Assembly: GCA_903831085.1 (NCBI GenBank)
Contig: CAIKWE010000003.1
Span: forward strand, 23,468 to 87,467
Direction of reading: 5' to 3'
DNA length: 64,000 nucleotides
Source: an uncultured Verrucomicrobiota bacterium
GTDB taxonomy: Bacteria > Verrucomicrobiota > Kiritimatiellia > Kiritimatiellales > Tichowtungiaceae
Of this stretch, positions 50,131-58,448 are shown piece after piece. Below the pieces are notes generated by a model. The model did not search any database. It was not told the origin of the DNA and was given only the letters and a program-made list of their open reading frames with translations. The position numbers were made by a program, and so were the translations under genes. The stretch's first letter is position 1. Each line of letters begins with the position of its first letter.

Positions 50131-51792
50131 TTACACAAAATGGCGGCCGAGCAGTTCTTCGACCTGATCGCGCCAGATGGCGTCATATTTACAGCCTTTT
50201 TTCAGCCGCACAAAAATACGGCGTGAAGCGATCTGATCGAACAGCGCCGCCGAAGCGTAACGATCCAGCAGATGCGGCGGCTGCTTTTTGATGGTTTCAA
50301 TCATCGCTTCTAGCAGTCCGATCGGTTCTTCGCGCTCCGAACAAAGCACAAACTGCCAAAGTATGTCCGGCTCGCGAACGATTGCCTGCTCGATCATTTG
50401 GCAGATTTCTTTTCGGCGGGCGTTGAGGTCGTCGCCACGAATAATCACTGCGCAGCGGTTCTGTCCGGCCTGTTCCTTAAACAGCCCTTCAAGCCGATAG
50501 CCGGTAAAGCGCGACGTCACCGGATCGGCGGGCAACTCGATACTGTCGTGTAGTAAAACTTCAATGCGCGTCATTTCCTCTTCGGACATCGTCGAAGTGG
50601 AAAACACGCCGTACGGCGGAAGCGGCATCGCTTTCATTCCATATAGTTCGGACTGATCGCGCAGATCGGTACCCGGTAGCAAAAGCGTCTGCATGCACTG
50701 AATACTGATATTCGGCCCGAAACCGCGCGCCCATTCAATACTGCGGAGTACATCGTCTATCGTCTGCTCCGGCAAACCGTACATCAGGTCGAGCGTCACC
50801 TTCACGCCCGCGCCAGTCAGCAAACGGATTCCTTTTTCAACCTGCGCGATATTCACCGGACGGCGGATCGCGCGCAGTACTTTCGGATCGGTGCTCTGCA
50901 CACCGACTTCCACCTCCACAAAATTAGCTTTGGCCATCAGTTCCGCCTGTTCCGGCGTCAGCGTATCGGCGCGCAGCTCGGCAAAAAATCCAAGCTTCCG
51001 GTCGGTGTTAATTTCCGCCAACCGTTTCAGCAAACCGGTGAAGTCGGCGCGGGCATTAAAGGTCGGGTCAACAAAGCGGATTTCCCGCGCACCAGCGGCG
51101 CGTAGCTCCTGAACCCGTTGCGCCGCCGCTTCCGCCGGAAGTGCTCGAACGCCCTTCTGCAAATGGTGATAACGGCAGTATGTGCAGGTCAGCGGACAGC
51201 CACGCGAGGTTTCCACATAAACTGACGGGCGTACTTTGATGCACTCCCGCAACATCGCCACCGGAACTTGAACTGACGCCAGATCAATCTGTGGCGGCGG
51301 TTTACTGCCGCGATTCCAACCTTTGGAACCTGAAACCAGCACGTTGTCATACGCCGGCAGTTTGCCGATGCGGATTCCTTTCAGAATCTCCGGAAAAACC
51401 GCCTCACCTTCGCCGGTTACCAGCGCGTTAAAAAACGGCTCTTCCAGCAGAAATGGATGATCCTCCGAAATCTCCGGGCCGCCCGCCATCAGGAAAAGTT
51501 CCGGACAAGATTTGCGGAGCATTCCAGCAATTCGCAGACCGCGTTCGACATTCCAGAGACAAAGCGTAAACGCTACGGCTTCGACGCCACTCACCAGAAT
51601 CTTCTGGATCAGATTCGCGTTATCCAGTTCGTCCCACTTCGCCGGAGCCGGAACAACTTCCCAGAACTCGCCTTCGGAGTGCTGAGACAGCGCATGTGAA
51701 AGCCAGAGACCGGCGAACGGAAAATTTTCGCGTTGCGTCGAAGTGTCGTTGTCCAGCAACGGAAGCTGGATGAATAAAATCTTCTTTTTCAT
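50131..51792 (-). CDS. B12-binding domain radical SAM protein
   Basis: Start reassigned to ATG 51792; GGPEI, VTGEGE, ETSRGCPLTCTYC, EVGVQS, DLMYGLP. Confidence 0.85.
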   Translation of the reverse strand: MKKKILFIQLPLLDNDTSTQRENFPFAGLWLSHALSQHSEGEFWEVVPAPAKWDELDNANLIQKILVSGVEAVAFTLCLWNVERGLRIAGMLRKSCPELFLMAGGPEISEDHPFLLEEPFFNALVTGEGEAVFPEILKGIRIGKLPAYDNVLVSGSKGWNRGSKPPPQIDLASVQVPVAMLRECIKVRPSVYVETSRGCPLTCTYCRYHHLQKGVRALPAEAAAQRVQELRAAGAREIRFVDPTFNARADFTGLLKRLAEINTDRKLGFFAELRADTLTPEQAELMAKANFVEVEVGVQSTDPKVLRAIRRPVNIAQVEKGIRLLTGAGVKVTLDLMYGLPEQTIDDVLRSIEWARGFGPNISIQCMQTLLLPGTDLRDQSELYGMKAMPLPPYGVFSTSTMSEEEMTRIEVLLHDSIELPADPVTSRFTGYRLEGLFKEQAGQNRCAVIIRGDDLNARRKEICQMIEQAIVREPDILWQFVLCSEREEPIGLLEAMIETIKKQPPHLLDRYASAALFDQIASRRIFVRLKKGCKYDAIWRDQVEELLGRHFV

Positions 51793-51801
51793 TTTGGTTT
51801 T

Positions 51802-51891
51802 ACAGAAGGGAACAAAGGGCAACGAAGGTTGCCGGGCAAATCATTCTTCTCTCTATTCAATCTACCTTGGTTTTCCTTCGTTTCCTTCTGT
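51802..51891. repeat. Inverted repeat with 9-nt periodic arms
   Basis: Left ACAGAAGGGAACAAAGGGCAACGAAGG; reverse complement of right arm ACAGAAGGAAACGAAGGAAAACCAAGG. Confidence 0.75.
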
Positions 51892-51898
51892 TAGAAAA

Positions 51899-52687
51899 TT
51901 ATTCATTGGAAGTCAATGGGGGACGGACATACGGCGGATAGCCGGGCAGAATTTCCGAAAGCGCCTGCTTGATGCGGGCGATGGCGAACGGACCGGAAAA
52001 CTGCGCATAAACTTTATCCACCGCGGCCTGATTCTCCGCGCTCTGGTCCGTTTCGATGCGGACGTACGGTAGCGGATCGGCATTTGATGCTGCGCTGACA
52101 AATCCTTTCGCTCCGGCGGTGTACGCGGCGCAGATTTTCCGGTCGCCGCCGACGAAATAGCGCGGCGTCGCCGGAATAAGCGACAGATCGGCGGAAGAAT
52201 CTTTCATTCCGTAATGCGGCACCTGCGCCAGAATTTCCGGTGTCAGTGGATTGCCGGTATGTTTCGGAAAGTTATAGAGAATCAGCGGGAGCGCGGTGGA
52301 TTCCGCCAGTGCGGTGAACCATTCCACCAGACCGGCGGCGGGCGCACCGGCAAAATAAAACGGCGGAAGTGCGGCGATAAAGTCAGCACCCTCGCCTTCG
52401 GCGGCGCGGGCGGTTTCCAGACATTGGAAAAGCACCGGACTGCCGGTATGGGCGATAATGATTCCGTCCCAGTTTTCGCGGGCGACTTGCAGCAATTGCA
52501 ACTGCTCGGCGGGCGTCAGAGAAAAAAACTCACCGGTCGTTCCGTTCACCAGCAGATTGCGCACGCCGCATTCGGCCAGCCAGTCGAGATGCGCCAGAAA
52601 CGCCCCAAAATCCACCGCACCGCTCTCCGTAAACGGCGCCGGCGCCGGGACAACTAACCCCTTGAGCTCAAAATCGGTTTTGTTCAT
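51899..52687 (-). CDS. Dihydrodipicolinate synthase (DapA/NAL) family aldolase
   Basis: Start reassigned to ATG 52687; NGTTGEF, LYNFP, GMKDSS. Confidence 0.85.
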   Translation of the reverse strand: MNKTDFELKGLVVPAPAPFTESGAVDFGAFLAHLDWLAECGVRNLLVNGTTGEFFSLTPAEQLQLLQVARENWDGIIIAHTGSPVLFQCLETARAAEGEGADFIAALPPFYFAGAPAAGLVEWFTALAESTALPLILYNFPKHTGNPLTPEILAQVPHYGMKDSSADLSLIPATPRYFVGGDRKICAAYTAGAKGFVSAASNADPLPYVRIETDQSAENQAAVDKVYAQFSGPFAIARIKQALSEILPGYPPYVRPPLTSNE

Positions 52688-52715
52688 GGGCGGATATGCT
52701 AATCTGTCCGGCCTG

Positions 52716-53390
52716 ATGACGAAACAAGAATCTATTCCGGCCTGCCCGCTCTGCGCCAACGGCTCGACGGAGCCGTTTCACCGTGACCGGAAGCGCGAGT
52801 TTTTCCGCTGTCCGCAGTGCGATCTGGTTTTCGTGCCGCCGGAATTCCACCTTTCACCGGAAGCGGAAAAGGCGCGCTATGATTTTCACAGCCAAAGTCT
52901 GGACGATTCCGGCTACAGCGATTTTTTGAACCGGCTGTTCCAGCCTGTGCAAAAGAAACTTCTGCCCGGCGCGCGCGGACTCGACTTCGGCTGCGGCCGG
53001 GAACCGACGCTCTCCGTGCTGTTCGAGGGCGCCGGATTTCCTTGCGCCAACTATGACCTGCACTTCGCCAACGATCCGGCGGTTTTAGAAAAGCAGTACG
53101 ACTTTCTCACCTGCTCGGAAACGATGGAGCATTTCTATCGTCCGCGCGAAGAATTCGCGCGCTTCCTGCAAATGGTGAAGCCCGGCGGCTGGATCGGCAT
53201 TATGACCCAGTTGCGCGATGAAGCTCCGCCGTTCTCAACGTGGTTCTACAAAGATGACGCAACGCACGTCTGCTTTTTCTCGCGGAAAACTTTCCAATGG
53301 TTGTCAGAAACATACAGCCTGAAACTGGAGTTTCACCCGAACGGAGTCACCCTCTTCCAGACATTGGAAGCTTCGCAGGATTTCGTTTAG
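52716..53390 (+). CDS. Class I SAM methyltransferase with N-terminal zinc ribbon
   Basis: Start reassigned to ATG 52716; CPLC..CPQC, LDFGCG, ETMEHF, YKDDATHVCFF. Confidence 0.8.
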   Translation: MTKQESIPACPLCANGSTEPFHRDRKREFFRCPQCDLVFVPPEFHLSPEAEKARYDFHSQSLDDSGYSDFLNRLFQPVQKKLLPGARGLDFGCGREPTLSVLFEGAGFPCANYDLHFANDPAVLEKQYDFLTCSETMEHFYRPREEFARFLQMVKPGGWIGIMTQLRDEAPPFSTWFYKDDATHVCFFSRKTFQWLSETYSLKLEFHPNGVTLFQTLEASQDFV

Positions 53391-53459
53391 CCACAAAAAA
53401 CACAAAAAGTCACGAAGCGGAAAATCCTGTTTTTGTGGGTTTTCGTGTTTTTGGTGGCC
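53390..53459. repeat. Inverted repeat with CACAAAA-periodic arms
   Basis: Left GCCACAAAAAACACAAAAAGTCACGAA; reverse complement of right arm GCCACCAAAAACACGAAAACCCACAAA. Confidence 0.75.
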
Positions 53460-53477
53460 AATAATTTTTCCAATGTT

Positions 53478-53514
53478 TAAAAATAAAAAGGCCGGACACA
53501 CCGTCCGACCTTTT
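53478..53514 (-). terminator. Rho-independent terminator after infC
   Basis: On the - strand: AAAAGGTCGGAC-ggtgt-GTCCGGCCTTTT followed by ATTTTT. Confidence 0.7.
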
Positions 53515-53533
53515 GTCTTCCAATCCCTGGAAA

Positions 53534-54082
53534 CTATTTGGTCTTTTTGGGAACAATCATCATGTAGATGTTGCGGCCCATGAGTTTCGGAGTCTGCTCA
53601 ACGGTCGCCACTTCTGTGCAGTCGGTGATGATGCGCTTCATCAGCTCGAATCCGAGTTCACGGTGAGCGTTTTCGCGTCCGCGGAACATGAGAGAAACTT
53701 TCACGCGGTCGCCGCCCTCAATAAAGTCATGCGTGTGGCGAAGCTTGGTCTGGTAGTCGTGGTCGCCGATGTTGACGTGGAATTTGACCTCTTTGAGCTT
53801 GGCAGCCGTCTGCTTCTTCTTCTGCTCTCTCTTTTTCTTCTCCGTCTCAAACTTGAATTTGCCGTGGTCCATGATGCGGCAGACTGGCGGTTTGCAGGTG
53901 GCGGAGATTTCTACGAGGTCGAGGCCTGCTTCGTGAGCGCGTACCAGCGCCTGGCGGGTCGGGATGATACCCATCTGTTCGCCGTTTTCGTCGATACAGC
54001 GAATCTCGGGAACGCGGATCATGTTGTTCATTCTCGGGCCGAACTCTCTGCGCGGCCTCTCTTTATAATTCGGATTACTAAT
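53534..54082 (-). CDS. infC: Translation initiation factor IF-3, AUU start
   Basis: PPVCRIMDHGKFKFE, KEVKFH, DRVKVSLMFRGRE; in-frame ATT at 54082 preceded by GGAGG (54088-54092), 17 codons upstream of the ORF-track ATG. Confidence 0.93.
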   Translation of the reverse strand: MSNPNYKERPRREFGPRMNNMIRVPEIRCIDENGEQMGIIPTRQALVRAHEAGLDLVEISATCKPPVCRIMDHGKFKFETEKKKREQKKKQTAAKLKEVKFHVNIGDHDYQTKLRHTHDFIEGGDRVKVSLMFRGRENAHRELGFELMKRIITDCTEVATVEQTPKLMGRNIYMMIVPKKTK

Positions 54083-54106
54083 AGCTTCCTCCCAGGTTTC
54101 TCTTAA

Positions 54107-55828
54107 TCAGGCCTTACTCTGCACGGCCTTTTTAACTTTTTCAACAAAATCAGCCAGCGTCATGACTTCCTGCGCGCCGCTACGATCGCGCACGGCGACG
54201 GTGCCGCTCTCGATTTCTTTGGCGCCGAGCACCAGCATATACGGCACTTTGTCCATCTGCGCCGTACGGATTTTCGCGCCGATCTTGCCAGACTTCTGGT
54301 CAACCGTCGCGCGGATATCCTGCTGGCGAAGTTCTGCGGCCATCTTGACCGCAACGGCCGTCTGGTCTTCGGAAAGAGGCAGTACGCGCACCTGCTCCGG
54401 CGCAAGCCATGCCGGGAACGCGCCGCTGTAATGTTCAACCAGAATGCCGAAAAACCGTTCGATGCTACCGAACAGCGCGCGGTGCACCATATAGGGTCGG
54501 TGCGGCTTGCCGTCTTCGCCGATATAACTGAGGTCGAAACGGTCGGGCAGGTTGAAATCGAACTGGATGGTGCTCATCTGCCACTCGCGGCCGATGGCGT
54601 CCTTGATCTTCAAGTCGATCTTCGGGCCGTAGAACGCGCCGCCGCCGATATCGGTCTCGTACGGAAGGCCCGACGCCTTGAGCGCGGATTCGAGCGAAGC
54701 CGTCGCCTGCTCCCAGCGGGCCGGATCGCCGACCGCTTTTTCAGGCCGCGTGGAGAGATAGGCGGTAATGCTTTCGAAACCGAAGGTTTTCCAGATGAAG
54801 GTCGAGAAGCGCAGCACTTCTTTGATTTCGTCCTCAATCTGATCCGGCGTGCAGAAAATGTGTGCATCGTCCTGCGTGAAGCCACGGACACGGAGCAACC
54901 CGTGAAGTACGCCAGCCTTTTCGTAGCGATACACGGTGCCCAGCTCGGCCCAGCGCAGCGGCAGGTCGCGGTAGGAACGGATGTCGGATTTATAAATATT
55001 GATGTGGAACGGACAGTTCATCGGCTTGACGTAATAGTCCGACTTGTCGATTTCCATCGGGGCGTACATGCCTTCCTTGTAGAAATCGAGATGGCCGGAG
55101 GTCTGCCAGAGATTGGCTTTGCCGACGTGCGGGGTGTAGAGCAGTTCGTAGCCGTTACGGAAATGTTCCTGCCGCCAGAACTCTTCGATCAGCGAACGGA
55201 TGCGTGCGCCTTTCGGATGCCAGTGGATCAGCCCCGGGCCGACTTCTTCGTGCACGCTGAACAGATCGAGTTCTTTGCCGAGCTTGCGATGGTCGCGCAG
55301 TTTAGCCTCTTCGAGTTGCTTCAGGTAAAGACCGAGCTGCTTGTCATTGGTGAAAGCCGTTCCGTTGATGCGCTGAAGCATCGGGTTGGTTTCTTTGCCG
55401 CGATAGTAGGAACCGGCGAGCGTCAGCAGTTTGAAGGCTCTGATTTTACCGGTGCTCTCGACGTGCGGGCCGCGGCAGAGATCGAAGAACGTTCCGCATT
55501 TATAAAAGCTGATCGCTTCGCCTTCCGGAATGTCGGCCAGACGTTCGAGCTTATACTTCTGCCCGGCCAGCATTTTGACCGCTTCGGCGCGGCTGACTTC
55601 AATGCGCTCAAACGGCAGATCTTCGGCGACAATTTTCGCCATCTCCGCCTCAATGGCCGGAAAGTCCTCCGGCGTCAGGCGCTGCGGCAGATCAAAGTCG
55701 TAGTAAAAGCCGTCATCGGTCGAAGGGCCGATGTCGAGATGGACGTTTTCGTAAAGCCGGCAGACGGCGGCGGCCATGACGTGGGCCGTGCTGTGCCGAA
55801 GAGTTTCGAGTTGCAGGTCGTTTTTCAT
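54107..55828 (-). CDS. thrS: Threonyl-tRNA synthetase
   Basis: Start reassigned to ATG 55828; LRHSTAH, DLCRGPH, RDHRKLG, KPMNCP, RVRGFTQDDAH, FYGPKID. Confidence 0.97.
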   Translation of the reverse strand: MKNDLQLETLRHSTAHVMAAAVCRLYENVHLDIGPSTDDGFYYDFDLPQRLTPEDFPAIEAEMAKIVAEDLPFERIEVSRAEAVKMLAGQKYKLERLADIPEGEAISFYKCGTFFDLCRGPHVESTGKIRAFKLLTLAGSYYRGKETNPMLQRINGTAFTNDKQLGLYLKQLEEAKLRDHRKLGKELDLFSVHEEVGPGLIHWHPKGARIRSLIEEFWRQEHFRNGYELLYTPHVGKANLWQTSGHLDFYKEGMYAPMEIDKSDYYVKPMNCPFHINIYKSDIRSYRDLPLRWAELGTVYRYEKAGVLHGLLRVRGFTQDDAHIFCTPDQIEDEIKEVLRFSTFIWKTFGFESITAYLSTRPEKAVGDPARWEQATASLESALKASGLPYETDIGGGAFYGPKIDLKIKDAIGREWQMSTIQFDFNLPDRFDLSYIGEDGKPHRPYMVHRALFGSIERFFGILVEHYSGAFPAWLAPEQVRVLPLSEDQTAVAVKMAAELRQQDIRATVDQKSGKIGAKIRTAQMDKVPYMLVLGAKEIESGTVAVRDRSGAQEVMTLADFVEKVKKAVQSKA

Positions 55829-55949
55829 AAATAAGGCGCAAACTGTACATTTACAGCTATAGCGTGTCAATCAGACGCCTTGTTAGATGGCTGTTTTCCG
55901 ATGCTTGGAAGCCCGAAGGTCAGTCGGTGAGCCTGTAGATGCGAGTCGT

Positions 55950-56510
55950 CTATTTCCTCTTGAGAACAGCGCGCCAGCCGGTCGATTCTTCATAGACCGG
56001 CATTTGCTGGTGGCTCACTTCGCGGGCCTGTTCGATGATGTAGAAGGCATCGGGATCATCCGCCTTGATGAGATCAAGAATCCATTTAATGTCCCGGCGG
56101 CGGCAGACAATCAGCAGTTCCATCACCGGGCCTTCGCGTCCCTCACCTTCAAATGTGGTGACGATCTGCCCCGCCGCGCGCAGTTTCGCGGTCAGAACCG
56201 CGCACGCCGTGCGGGTGAAAACCCGCAGGGCAAGATGCCCCAGAGCCAGTTTACGTTCCAGCGCGATGCCGACAACATTGCCGGTGGCGAAGCCAAGTCC
56301 GTAAAAAATCGCCAGCACCGGCGCGGTGTGAATCTTTGCGACAATAGTTGAAATGATCGTCACCCAGAGAGTGACTTCCATGAAGCCCAGCGCAAACGCC
56401 AGCCGCGTCCGGCCCTGCACGGTGACAATCGTCCGGAGCGTGCCGATGGAAACGTCCACAATGCGGGCGCAGAAAATCAAAAGCCCGATCAATAGAATAT
56501 GCCAATTCAA
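55950..56510 (-). CDS. DUF2179/DUF5698 (UPF0316) membrane protein
   Basis: IFCARIVDVSIGTLR, GFMEV, GFATGN.VG, GEGREG. Confidence 0.85.
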   Translation of the reverse strand: MNWHILLIGLLIFCARIVDVSIGTLRTIVTVQGRTRLAFALGFMEVTLWVTIISTIVAKIHTAPVLAIFYGLGFATGNVVGIALERKLALGHLALRVFTRTACAVLTAKLRAAGQIVTTFEGEGREGPVMELLIVCRRRDIKWILDLIKADDPDAFYIIEQAREVSHQQMPVYEESTGWRAVLKRK

Positions 56511-56522
56511 AACCGGCCTCCG

Positions 56523-56771
56523 TTAGCCGTGGTTGGTGGCATCAATGACCGACTGAACGGCGGGAACTTTTTCTTTAAGCAGACGTTCGATGCCGTTTTT
56601 CATGGTCATACGGGCGCCCATGCAGCCGCGGCATCCGCCCTGCAGTTCCACATAAACCTTGCCGTCTTTGACGGTCGTGATCTTCGCGCCGCCGCCGTGA
56701 CCGGCCAGCGCCGGATTGATTTCCTCTTCAAAAATTTTCTCTACCGCTTCGAGTATTTCAGCATCGTTCAT
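56523..56771 (-). CDS. NifU-C/Nfu-type Fe-S carrier
   Basis: INPALAGHGGG, LQGGCRGC, TMKNGIE. Confidence 0.88.
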   Translation of the reverse strand: MNDAEILEAVEKIFEEEINPALAGHGGGAKITTVKDGKVYVELQGGCRGCMGARMTMKNGIERLLKEKVPAVQSVIDATNHG

Positions 56772-56836
56772 GACTCATTTCCTCTCATTGAATAAAACGT
56801 AATTCATTGCCCCGCGATTGGCAAACATCATGTTTT

Positions 56837-57574
56837 CTATAACTCCTCTTCGACCAGCCGTATCTTTTTCTGGGGTTTCCTCACCTTTTTATGGTATTTC
56901 CGGAGCACCCGGGCGAAGCGGATCAGATCGCGGAACGGAGCGATCAAACTCTTGTGATGCTTCGGCGGCTTAGTGATACGAACCGAGCCAACACGAATGC
57001 GGCGCGAGGCGATATTGAGCAGAGTTTCAAACTCGGACGGAAGCGACGACTTCTCCTCAAGAATAAACGGCAGCACGTCACAGCGGTAAAAACGGAACCC
57101 GCACGGCGGATCGGGCACATACACGCCCAGCAGGCGGTAAATCCAGAAACTCATCGTCCGGATCGTCCAGCGACGCACCAGCGGAATACGTTTAACATCC
57201 GCCATCCGGTTGCCGATCAGCACCGGCAGATGCGTCCGGTAATAGGCTTCAAAAAAATTCGATATCTCGGCCGGATCGTGAAATCCATCGGCGTCCAGAG
57301 CGATCACCGCGTCGAATCCCTGGGCGAGAATATACTTAAAACCCTCGGTCAGCGCGGCGCCTTTGCCGCCGTTTTCCTTACGCCGAATAACAGTGGCTCC
57401 GGCGGCCTCGGCGCGCGCGGCGGTCTCATCCGTCGAGGCATCATCCACCACGATCACATCCGGCAGATAGTTGAGGGCCTTGGAAACAACATCTCCGACG
57501 GTCCGCTCCTCGCAGAAGGCGGGCATCAACACCGCGACCTTGGCCACCTCTTTATATTGCGCAATTGTTGCCAT
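56837..57574 (-). CDS. GT2 glycosyltransferase (DPM-like)
   Basis: VVDDASTD, GKGAAL, LDADG.HDP, IGNR, GFRFY. Confidence 0.85.
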   Translation of the reverse strand: MATIAQYKEVAKVAVLMPAFCEERTVGDVVSKALNYLPDVIVVDDASTDETAARAEAAGATVIRRKENGGKGAALTEGFKYILAQGFDAVIALDADGFHDPAEISNFFEAYYRTHLPVLIGNRMADVKRIPLVRRWTIRTMSFWIYRLLGVYVPDPPCGFRFYRCDVLPFILEEKSSLPSEFETLLNIASRRIRVGSVRITKPPKHHKSLIAPFRDLIRFARVLRKYHKKVRKPQKKIRLVEEEL

Positions 57575-57576
57575 CG

Positions 57577-58440
57577 TTATTTCCGATTCCGGGCCAACTC
57601 GTCCGCCCGATAGGAGGAGCGCACCAGCGGGCCCGCCGCCACGCCCTCAAATCCGATTCCCCGAGCAAGTGCGGCCAGTTTATCAAAATGTTCGGGGGAA
57701 AGATAGCGTTCAACCGGATGATGTTCGCGTGTCGGCGCCAGATACTGCCCCAGCGTCAGCAGGCGGACGCCCGCCGCATACAAATCTTCCAGACATTGGA
57801 AAATCTCCTCATCGGTTTCGCCAAGCCCCAGCATCAGTCCCGACTTCACCTGCACTCCACATCGCTCCGCCGCCTTGCGCAACGTCGCCAGCGACTTTTC
57901 ATAGCTCGCCTGCGGACGAACCGTTGCCTGAAGCCGCTCGACCGTTTCAAGGTTGTGATTAAATACATCCGGTTTCGCATCCAGCACGATATCGAGATGC
58001 TCTACAAAATCGGGCGTCAAAACTTCGACCGATGCTTCCGGCATCGCCGCCTTTACCGCGCAAATCGTGTTGGCAAAAGCCTGCGCGCCGCCGTCAGGCA
58101 GATCGTCGCGCGTTACGCTGGTGATCACCACATGCCGCAAATTCAGCCTTTTGGCGGCCTCGGCCACGCGGGCCGACTCGTCCGGATCGACCGGCGACGG
58201 CTTGCCGGTGTTCACATTGCAGAAACGGCAGTTGCGTGTGCAGATGTTACCAAGAATCATCACCGTCGCTGTTCCGCTGTTCCAGCACTCATGGCGGTTG
58301 GGACACTTTGCGCTGGCGCAGACCGTATTCAGCTGAAGACTCTCCAGCAGCTTTCTCACATCCGGATAGCTCTGATCCGTCGCGATCGGCCGCCGCATCC
58401 ACCGCGGCAGCCGCTGCGCTTTGGGTTTGAGCTCATTCAT
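57577..58440 (-). CDS. lipA: Lipoyl synthase
   Basis: TVCASAKCPNRHEC, CTRNCRFC, VFNHNLETV, LGQYL, LVRSSYRA. Confidence 0.97.
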   Translation of the reverse strand: MNELKPKAQRLPRWMRRPIATDQSYPDVRKLLESLQLNTVCASAKCPNRHECWNSGTATVMILGNICTRNCRFCNVNTGKPSPVDPDESARVAEAAKRLNLRHVVITSVTRDDLPDGGAQAFANTICAVKAAMPEASVEVLTPDFVEHLDIVLDAKPDVFNHNLETVERLQATVRPQASYEKSLATLRKAAERCGVQVKSGLMLGLGETDEEIFQCLEDLYAAGVRLLTLGQYLAPTREHHPVERYLSPEHFDKLAALARGIGFEGVAAGPLVRSSYRADELARNRK

Positions 58441-58448
58441 GGCGAATC

